Of a stretch of DNA of 64,000 nt, positions 56,646-64,000 are shown piece by piece. Both the position numbers and the translations under genes were made by a program. The stretch is from the NCBI GenBank assembly GCA_041744215.1, contig JBGTLG010000030.1:1-64000 (forward strand), read 5' to 3'. This DNA is from Fimbriimonadales bacterium (GTDB lineage: Bacteria > Armatimonadota > Fimbriimonadia > Fimbriimonadales > ATM1). Within the stretch, counting starts at the first letter, position 1. Every line of letters begins with the position of its first letter. A model generated the notes under the pieces. That model was not told the DNA's origin, searched no databases, and was given only the letters and a program-made list of their open reading frames with translations.

Positions 56646-57683
56646 ATGAGACCTGAAGGGCTACCCAAGATGGCAGCCGTTTGCATGCTCGCTATTCTCG
56701 GGGCGAGCGTGGCCGCAATCGGCCTGCATCCCGCGGAGTCGGTCATTCCGCAGGACCTGAGGAACACCGTGGCACGTGTGCAAGTTCTGAATGCAACAGG
56801 AAGGCTGGAGCAGACAGGCAGCGGCGTTGTTGTTGGCGTCAAGCAGATCGAAGGACGAGACGAAGCTTGGCTCTGCGTGCTAACTGCAGATCATATCGCG
56901 GACCCATTTCCGGGCGAAGCGGTGAATCGGCGAGTTGGATTCGGCAACAGTGCGGGCGTGATGGCGGGGCCTTGGCAGAGCGCAGAGGTGATTTGGATAC
57001 CGGGGCCGGTTGTGCGCGAGCGGGGCCAAGACTTCTGGGTGGACCTGGCGATGCTGGGGGTCCGAATTCAGAACTTCGCTGCATTCAAGCGGGACTTCCC
57101 GATGGCACCCGCTCCAGTCGCGAATCGGGACCCGGGCTCGCGGAGGCTCTTCCAGGCCGGGTACGGCTATCCTACGACGATTGATCCGCGACTGCCAGGC
57201 TTTTACCGCGTCCAGGAAGTCGATGGGGCTGGGCGACAGAACTACGGGACGCTTCGCGTCGGGGAGAACGACTCGGACCGAATCATCAACGCGTACTCAC
57301 GAACAAGTCGGGCGAACAACAAGCAATACCGGTTCGCAGCGATCGAGGGAGACCTGGACTTTGTACGGCGGGGAAACAGATGGCCGCCAGTTTCCGGCGA
57401 ATCTTATCCATTGCGCAGGGACTCAGGCGGGCCTTCCTTCGTGTTCGCGCCGCGGGAGAGGGAGTGGCTACTCGGCGGAATTCACTCGGATTCAGCCACC
57501 CGTGGGCGTCCAGGCGACCTCGTCGTCAGGGAGGGCGACCTGTGGCACGACGTAGCCGCGCCTTACTATGCACAGTGGATTGAACGCTCTTGTAACGCGG
57601 TGCCAGAGCCTGGGACGCTGACTTTGGTGGCCTGTGCGCTTGCTGGTTTGACGCTGAGGCAGAGGAAAAGGTGCGCCCGATGA
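56646..57683 (+). CDS. Trypsin-like serine protease with PEP-CTERM anchor
   Basis: VLTADH, VDLAML, DSGGP, LGGIHS; VPEPGTL-TM-RQRKR. Confidence 0.85.
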   Translation: MRPEGLPKMAAVCMLAILGASVAAIGLHPAESVIPQDLRNTVARVQVLNATGRLEQTGSGVVVGVKQIEGRDEAWLCVLTADHIADPFPGEAVNRRVGFGNSAGVMAGPWQSAEVIWIPGPVVRERGQDFWVDLAMLGVRIQNFAAFKRDFPMAPAPVANRDPGSRRLFQAGYGYPTTIDPRLPGFYRVQEVDGAGRQNYGTLRVGENDSDRIINAYSRTSRANNKQYRFAAIEGDLDFVRRGNRWPPVSGESYPLRRDSGGPSFVFAPREREWLLGGIHSDSATRGRPGDLVVREGDLWHDVAAPYYAQWIERSCNAVPEPGTLTLVACALAGLTLRQRKRCAR

Positions 57684-58027
57684 CCGGCGTCGGCTTGTTC
57701 TGGCGGCCAGGAACGAAGCTTATCCGCCTACTGCTTCTCGGCTCGCTCCTCCTCTTTTCCGCCGGTATCGTCGGCTGCGAACAGTCGTCCAACAAAGTCA
57801 CGCAGGAGAGCGCCGCCGTATCGAAAGAACCTCAATCTGACCCAGAGGGCTCTGCATTCATTGCAAATTCTTCAACGAAAATCTATCACATGCCGGAATG
57901 CCGCACGATCACCGAGATGGCCGACGCCAATAAGACTTGGCACATGACCACCGAGAGGGCCGAATCGCGCGGGTATCGAGCGTGCAAGGTATGTAAACCG
58001 GACGCTCCTGCTCCGCCCGACGAGTGA
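57680..58027 (+). CDS. Lipoprotein with Ada-like metal-binding domain
   Basis: Lipobox IVGC; STKIYH.PEC...A...GYRACKVCKP. Confidence 0.8.
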   Translation: MTGVGLFWRPGTKLIRLLLLGSLLLFSAGIVGCEQSSNKVTQESAAVSKEPQSDPEGSAFIANSSTKIYHMPECRTITEMADANKTWHMTTERAESRGYRACKVCKPDAPAPPDE

Positions 58028-58076
58028 TCTTCCGTAACGGCTCACCGATTCGCTCGTTCATGCAGTAGTAGGAGAA

Positions 58077-59051
58077 ATGAAGATGAAGATTCGATACGTT
58101 GGATTGGCCTTCTTGCTTACGCTGTGTGGCTTGGCAGGCTCGGCGAGTTACGGGCCTGCGAAAACGGATGTGCACGGCGTACGTTGGTTCGATTCCTTCG
58201 ACGATGCCGTTGCCGTGGCGAAGCGGACGGGCAAGCCGATCCTCTTTCTAAGCATGTTTGGCCACCTTGGCGAGGAGATGCCCTGCGCGAACGCCCGGAC
58301 GCTGCGTGCGACGCTGTTCAAAGACCCAGCGTTCCTGTCGCTAATCTCGGACGACGTCATTCCGGCGTGGGAGATGGTTCGCGCAGTGCCTAAAGTGACG
58401 ATTGATCTGGGCGACGGTGAGAAGATCGTCCGCACTGTTCGTGGGAACGCGGTGATGTATCTTTGCAATCCGGACGGGACTGTCGTCGATGCGTACCCTG
58501 GCGTGTATACCGCAGACGACTTCATGCCGCTGGTGCGGGACTCCATCGCCGAGCTGGTCGGTAAAGACTTTACGGCTGTTCGGGCGTATCATGCGGCTCG
58601 CGGCTCGATACCTCCTCCTACTCGCATCACGACTGGAAAAATGATGTTGGAGTCACCGACATTGGAGCTTCTCGGTGCACGTGCAGTGAATGGCGAAATC
58701 GGATCACTCAGCGCAGATAGCCCTGAGAAGCGAGCCTTCATAGTTGCGGCGCGGCGTCTGTCCGACGCAAGCCTCACGCCTCTGCCCGTTTCGGTCGCTG
58801 GCTTGCTCGCGACGGGGTCACCGATCGAGGGACGCGATCCCCATGAGGTCGCGGTGGAAGTTTTGCAAAACGATTCGCGGCAGAACGTGACGCGGACTCG
58901 GCCTGTTGTTCACCTTTTCTTCGCATCAGAGAAGCGGTTCCCGACTCCCCTCGAGGCTCGCGACGCGGTGCTAGAGACGATTCTGAAGATTCCATATAAG
59001 GATCCCTACTTCGGCTTGAAAGACGTTCTGCTACCAGGCACACCACGGTAG
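58077..59051 (+). CDS. Secreted thioredoxin-like hypothetical protein
   Basis: VRWF.SFDDA.A.AK.TGKPIL...G.L....CANAR. Confidence 0.7.
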   Translation: MKMKIRYVGLAFLLTLCGLAGSASYGPAKTDVHGVRWFDSFDDAVAVAKRTGKPILFLSMFGHLGEEMPCANARTLRATLFKDPAFLSLISDDVIPAWEMVRAVPKVTIDLGDGEKIVRTVRGNAVMYLCNPDGTVVDAYPGVYTADDFMPLVRDSIAELVGKDFTAVRAYHAARGSIPPPTRITTGKMMLESPTLELLGARAVNGEIGSLSADSPEKRAFIVAARRLSDASLTPLPVSVAGLLATGSPIEGRDPHEVAVEVLQNDSRQNVTRTRPVVHLFFASEKRFPTPLEARDAVLETILKIPYKDPYFGLKDVLLPGTPR

Positions 59052-59090
59052 GCGCGGCGGGGCACCGCCCGGCTATGTCACGATTGGCGC

Positions 59091-60173
59091 GTGGGCAATA
59101 CGTTTGGGCAGATTTTCCGCGTTACGACGTGGGGCGAGTCTCACGGCGGTGGCGTCGGTGTCGTCGTCGACGGCTGCCCGCCGATGCTCTCTCTTTCTGA
59201 AGCGGACATTCAGCCCGACCTTGACCGAAGGCGTCCTGGCCAGAGCTCAATTACAACTCAGCGCAAGGAGTCGGACACTGTTCGAATCCTAAGCGGAGTG
59301 TTTGACGGAGTAACGATTGGCACGCCAATCTCGATGATGGTCGTCAACGAGGATGCGCGGCCGGACGCGTATGACGAGATGCGCACTAAGTATCGCCCGA
59401 GTCATGCGGATTACACCTACGACGCGAAGTACGGAACGCGGAATTGGCAAGGCGGCGGAAGGAGCAGCGCGCGAGAGACTGTTGGACGGGTTGCCGCCGG
59501 CGCCGTTGCAAGAAAGCTGTTGAGAGAGGCGTATGGCGTCGAATGCGTCGCGTGGGTTTCTAAGGTGGGACAAATTGTTGCTGAGGCGGATGTGGAATCG
59601 GTCACAGCATCCCAGGTCGAAGCAACCCCGGTGCGATGCCCGGATCGGGGCATCGCTGAAGAGATGATCGCCGAGATCGAACGTGTTCGTAAGGAAGGGA
59701 ATTCGCTTGGAGGCGTTGTCAGTTGCGTGATCCGGGGGTGTCCGACAGGTTGGGGCGATCCGGTGTTTGACAGGTTGGAGGCCGATTTGGCGAAAGGAGT
59801 CATGTCGCTTCCGGCGAGCAAGGGTTTTGAGATCGGTTCAGGTTTCGCAGGGACTGACTTATCGGGTATCGAGCATAACGATGAGTTTTATGTTGGCGAG
59901 GGCGATCGTATCCGCACGCGGACCAATCGCAGTGGAGGTGTTCAAGGCGGGATTTCCAATGGCGAAGCGATCTACTTCAGAGTTGCGTTCAAGCCGACCG
60001 CGACGGTGATGCGGGAACAGCAGACAGTCACAACAGAACCGAAAGACACGACGCTGACAGGGCGTGGTCGTCACGATCCATGCGTGCTGCCCCGCGCGGT
60101 CCCAATGGTCGAGGCGATGGCACTGTTGGTGTTAGCAGATGCGGCGCTGCGCCAGCGAACCATAAGGGATTAG
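59091..60173 (+). CDS. aroC: Chorismate synthase
   Basis: [34 protein letters not shown]. Confidence 0.98.
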   Translation: MGNTFGQIFRVTTWGESHGGGVGVVVDGCPPMLSLSEADIQPDLDRRRPGQSSITTQRKESDTVRILSGVFDGVTIGTPISMMVVNEDARPDAYDEMRTKYRPSHADYTYDAKYGTRNWQGGGRSSARETVGRVAAGAVARKLLREAYGVECVAWVSKVGQIVAEADVESVTASQVEATPVRCPDRGIAEEMIAEIERVRKEGNSLGGVVSCVIRGCPTGWGDPVFDRLEADLAKGVMSLPASKGFEIGSGFAGTDLSGIEHNDEFYVGEGDRIRTRTNRSGGVQGGISNGEAIYFRVAFKPTATVMREQQTVTTEPKDTTLTGRGRHDPCVLPRAVPMVEAMALLVLADAALRQRTIRD

Positions 60174-61903
60174 CCGTGATCGCTTTCGTCCCGTGGAAAC
60201 ACGACCTCCGCGACTACCCATCCGAGACGGTTTGCAAGCGTAAATCGGCCACCAACGGCTTTTGCTAAGGAGTCCACTATACGCAAGCCTAAGTGTCCGC
60301 TTCTGTCAATCGAGAAGTCTGCTGGCAACGTTGCGCCTGAATTAGAAACCCACAGATAAACAATTGTTTCTTTCACGGAGATGACTATGTCAATGGCGCC
60401 AGGCTCTTCTGGATGAAATCCATGCTCGACCGCGTTCTGTATCAGCTCGTTGACAATGAGCGCTGCCTGAGTCGCCTGATTCATGCCTAATGGTAGGTCG
60501 TCTCCAAGAACTTCGATCCTAATCTGCCGATGCGGGTGCGCCAGAGCCTGTTGTTGGTGAGCAGCGAGCGTTTCCGCCACTGTACGAATCCCCACGCGAT
60601 CTAAGTCTTCGCGCGACAGCAACTCGTGAACCGCAGCAATCGACGCTATGCGACCTATTGAGTCGTTCACGACTTCATCAACACTCTTTCCTTCTGAGTC
60701 GCTTAGCTCGAGGCGAAGAAGACTCACGACTTGCTGCAAGTTGTTCTTAACCCGGTGGTGCATCTCTTGCATTAGGGTTGTTCTCACCTGAAGCTTTGCG
60801 TGTTCGATGGCGACTGCCGCCTGTTTTGCGAGCGCTTCCAACGCCTGAATCTCCACCCGCGAGAAAGCGTGGACTGCCTCTGTGTAGCATGTCATGACGC
60901 CGATTGCCTTATCCCTTATCATCAACGGAACGCATGCCATCGACCGCAGCCCCTGCTCTTCTGCCATCTCCGCGCCGATGTATTCGGGCGAAGTAAGAAC
61001 GTCGTCATTCGTCAAGGTTCTGCGCTCTATAATCGCGCGCCCAGCGAAGCTTTCACCGACCCGGATGCTACGCTTCTTCCTGTAAGCATAGTGTGTAGAT
61101 TGAGTGGCTCGCAGCACCAATTCGCCTCGAGCCTCGTCGAGCAGGCGAACCGTTACCACTTTGTAATTGAGTCTCTCTGCGGTGAATGATACGAGTAGTT
61201 GAAGGATCTCCTCCAGGTACGGACTTCCTGCAATGAGTTCCGTCACTTCCGTTATCGCGCGATACTGTTCCGCTCTACTTTCAAGAATTGCCTCACGAGA
61301 CTGCTGATGTATTGCGCGGGCAACAAGCTCTGCGATTCTCGCCAAGATGTGGGCCTCGCGTGCGGTGTATCCATACTGCCGTCGCGTTCTCACGTTTACC
61401 ACGCCAACCAGTTCACCGCGAGATATCAACGGCACACACAGAAGGCTCTGAAATGTTCGCTCCTCAAGCCCGGGGTAATCAAGGAATCGCGGATCCTCCC
61501 AAGGCTGACGTCGGATGGCTACGGACCTTCTATGCTTCGCAGCCCATCCGGTCAAGCCTTGACCGACTTTGATGGAAACTCGACCGACCTTTTCAGGCTC
61601 AAAAGTGTCTGCTTCGAGCATGAGTGTTTCGCCGTCTGGCTGCAGCATCAAGAACTGCGCCGCATCGGTCTGGGTTAGCTGGCGGACGATTTCCGCTATC
61701 TCTCCTAGTGCAGAGTGTCCAGGCTCGCTGTTTGCCAATACTCGACCAATGCGCTCCAGCGTTTCGACGGTCGTTTCTTCTTGCCTGAGCTTTGCCTTGA
61801 GTCGCCGGATGTCATCGTCTGGAACACGGCCTCGCGTGCGATCGCGGGTGGGCCAAACAGACTTTGTCTTTTTCGTGATCACGGGCCTGTTAAATGATGG
61901 CAC
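60170..61903 (-). CDS. Two-GAF cytoplasmic sensor histidine kinase (HisKA_2 type), start uncertain
   Basis: Two GAF domains (GQGLTGW..., SLLCVPL; SMACVPL), [26 protein letters not shown]. Confidence 0.92.
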   Translation of the reverse strand: MPSFNRPVITKKTKSVWPTRDRTRGRVPDDDIRRLKAKLRQEETTVETLERIGRVLANSEPGHSALGEIAEIVRQLTQTDAAQFLMLQPDGETLMLEADTFEPEKVGRVSIKVGQGLTGWAAKHRRSVAIRRQPWEDPRFLDYPGLEERTFQSLLCVPLISRGELVGVVNVRTRRQYGYTAREAHILARIAELVARAIHQQSREAILESRAEQYRAITEVTELIAGSPYLEEILQLLVSFTAERLNYKVVTVRLLDEARGELVLRATQSTHYAYRKKRSIRVGESFAGRAIIERRTLTNDDVLTSPEYIGAEMAEEQGLRSMACVPLMIRDKAIGVMTCYTEAVHAFSRVEIQALEALAKQAAVAIEHAKLQVRTTLMQEMHHRVKNNLQQVVSLLRLELSDSEGKSVDEVVNDSIGRIASIAAVHELLSREDLDRVGIRTVAETLAAHQQQALAHPHRQIRIEVLGDDLPLGMNQATQAALIVNELIQNAVEHGFHPEEPGAIDIVISVKETIVYLWVSNSGATLPADFSIDRSGHLGLRIVDSLAKAVGGRFTLANRLGWVVAEVVFPRDESDHG

Positions 61904-64000
61904 CTATCCGGAGAGCAGTTTGCCAAGCTGATTTATCCCAACGGCAGCCAGGTACGAGAGAGTCGTCATGTACGCAAACATGAAGACAGCCCACTTCCAA
62001 CTACCCGTTTCCCGTTTGGCGGTCGCCAGCGTCGCCATACATTGAGCACACAGCGCAAAGAACGCCATCAATCCCACAGCTGTCCATGGAGTCATCAGCT
62101 TGCGGCCGTCCGGCCATCTGGCCTGCTCCAGTGCGCCTCGTAAGTGAGCCGACTCTTCGTCGGCGTCGCCACCGACTGTGAATATGATCCCGAGCGTTGG
62201 AACAACAACTTCGCGCGCGGGGAAAGCCGCGAGAATCGCGGTCGAGATTCGCCAATCGAAACCGGCGGGAGCAAACACAGGTTCGATGAATTTTCCGAAC
62301 GTACCGAGATATGAGTTCTCCGTCTGTCTCTCTAGAACATAGTTCTCTTCCGAGACGGCCTCCTTCACACTTTGCGGGAGCGCCGCATACGCTGAGGTGT
62401 AAGCAGCTTCATCAGCATCTGATCGCGGAAAGTAAAGCAGCGCCCAAACAATCATTGACATAAACAGGATGATCGTCCCTGCAATTTTGAGAAACACTTT
62501 GCCTCGGAGGAACAGCGTGATCGCAACGTCCTTCCACTTCGGCCACTGGTAAGGAGGCAGTTCGAGGACGAAGGGCAACCGCTTACCTTTGATCACTCGT
62601 CGGTTCAGCACGAATACGATCGGTATCGCGATGAGCAGACCAAAAAAGTGCATCGCGAAAAGTGTAAAGCCTGCCCACCCAGCACCAAACCGGGGCTCGA
62701 TGAATGCGCCAATCAACAAAAGGTACACGGGCAACCTTGCAGAGCATGACATCAATGGCGAGACAAGAATCGTTGCAAGCCTGCTTCGCTGATCAGGCAT
62801 CACTCTTGCAGCCATGATGCCCGGGATAGCACAGGCAAAGCTCGAAAGAAGCGGAATGAATGCGCGCCCATTTAGGCCGCACCATCCGAGTAGTCTGTCC
62901 ATAAGAAACGCGGCGCGCGCCAAGTAGCCGCTACCCTCCAAGAGCGAGATTAACAGAAAAAGAATCAGAATCTGCGGAAGAAAAACGACGACGGATCCCA
63001 CTCCGGTGATGACGCCGTCAGTAACGAAAGACCGAAGCGTTTCGTTCGCAGCTAACATGGGGCCAACCCAATCGGAAAGTGCGGTGAACCCCGCTTCGAT
63101 CAGATCCATGAGCGGCGCTGCGAACGAGTAGATAGACTGGAAGATCAAGTACATGATCCCTACGAAGACACCGAGGCCGTAAACTCTGTGTGTCAATATA
63201 CGGTCTACTGAGTCGCTGCGCCGCCTTTTTCCGGCTTGCTCAGCAACAGCGTTTTGCCTTATCGTCTCGGCCCATCGATACCTTTCGGCTGCGTCAATCG
63301 CGTGAGCTCTCGAGGCAACTAGCAATTCGTGAGTTTCCGGAAAGTCGATCGATTCACGTGCCAGCTTTCCGTCTGGATCGTTGATTGCCTCCTCCAGTTG
63401 ACCAAGCGTGTAATCGTAACCGGCCCTTGCAAAGGAGTCTCGAAGGGCCACTAAACGCTCACGCAGGATGGTACTTGGGAGCGGCAGGTTTTGCAGAGAT
63501 TCGAAAATCGCGCTCTTGAGGTTGGTAACACCTTGCGACTTATGTCCAACCACTGGGACTACGGGCACGGATAGTGCGGTCGATAGGTAGTCGACGTCGA
63601 TCGTCGCACCCCCCTTTGACGCGATATCCGTCATAGTCAACGCGCAGACAATTGGAATCTTCAATTCTGCGAGCTGGCTAAACAAGAACAGATTTCGTTC
63701 CAAGTTGTTCGCGTCCATCACGTAGACGAGGAGATCCGGCGCGTCAGCTCCCGCTTGGATTCCCTGCACCACGTCGATCGCGACCTGCTCGTCCTCTGAA
63801 ATCGCGTCAGTGCTGTATAACCCGGGAACGTCAACTACGCGAAAGCGGGTTCCCTCGTGGGTGAAGGAGCCTTCGGTGCTTTCGACAGTGACACCGGGGT
63901 AATTGCCTACCTTTTGGAACGATCCCGTCAATGCGTTGAAGACAGTCGTCTTTCCCGCATTCGGGTTACCGACCAGTGCGACACGGGCGATTCGAGGTTC
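61904..64000 (-). CDS. feoB: Ferrous iron transporter B, 5' end beyond the window
   Basis: VALVGNPNAGKTTVFNALTG, VGNYPGVTV, DVPG.YS, SGYLARAAF, MSCSARLPVY. Confidence 0.97.
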   Translation of the reverse strand, partial: EPRIARVALVGNPNAGKTTVFNALTGSFQKVGNYPGVTVESTEGSFTHEGTRFRVVDVPGLYSTDAISEDEQVAIDVVQGIQAGADAPDLLVYVMDANNLERNLFLFSQLAELKIPIVCALTMTDIASKGGATIDVDYLSTALSVPVVPVVGHKSQGVTNLKSAIFESLQNLPLPSTILRERLVALRDSFARAGYDYTLGQLEEAINDPDGKLARESIDFPETHELLVASRAHAIDAAERYRWAETIRQNAVAEQAGKRRRSDSVDRILTHRVYGLGVFVGIMYLIFQSIYSFAAPLMDLIEAGFTALSDWVGPMLAANETLRSFVTDGVITGVGSVVVFLPQILILFLLISLLEGSGYLARAAFLMDRLLGWCGLNGRAFIPLLSSFACAIPGIMAARVMPDQRSRLATILVSPLMSCSARLPVYLLLIGAFIEPRFGAGWAGFTLFAMHFFGLLIAIPIVFVLNRRVIKGKRLPFVLELPPYQWPKWKDVAITLFLRGKVFLKIAGTIILFMSMIVWALLYFPRSDADEAAYTSAYAALPQSVKEAVSEENYVLERQTENSYLGTFGKFIEPVFAPAGFDWRISTAILAAFPAREVVVPTLGIIFTVGGDADEESAHLRGALEQARWPDGRKLMTPWTAVGLMAFFALCAQCMATLATAKRETGSWKWAVFMFAYMTTLSYLAAVGINQLGKLLSG

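Noticed and set aside
58270-58300. Selenocysteine recoding in the thioredoxin-like protein
   Set aside because: The motif has an ordinary Cys codon and there is no in-frame TGA.

Overview
A ~64 kb bacterial chromosome segment, probably from Armatimonadota (Fimbriimonadia-like). This assignment is an inference from the PEP-CTERM proteins, lineage-typical hypothetical proteins and gene context. Most of it is housekeeping (trpS, pdxS, guaA, alaS, proS, ffh-rpsP-khpA-rimM, glnA, serC, aroC, feoB, an iorAB-type molybdoenzyme, a DAACS transporter) plus many secreted or membrane proteins. Three accessory loci stand out. (1) 6.2-11.0 kb: a cohesin-dockerin cluster with two paralogous cohesin+Ig-like+dockerin proteins (one 5'-truncated) and a cohesin protein with a PEP-CTERM anchor, a candidate cellulosome-like surface assembly with no recognisable CAZymes. 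A 25-bp exact repeat links the truncation point to the interior of the anchor gene. (2) 20.3-23.8 kb: a tightly coupled 8-gene defence-like operon behind pdxS (PD-(D/E)XK nuclease-RAMA, DUF2442, HicBA, MNT-HEPN, HhH-GPD Fe-S glycosylase, DUF6884). (3) 3.3-6.2 kb: a foreign-looking cassette with a near-consensus promoter, ending in an HNH-like gene. Many genes show a -10 box 5-9 nt before the start codon with no SD, suggesting leaderless mRNAs. No rRNA, tRNA, CRISPR array, integrase or transposase was recognised. All family calls are by-eye motif recognition, not database searches.
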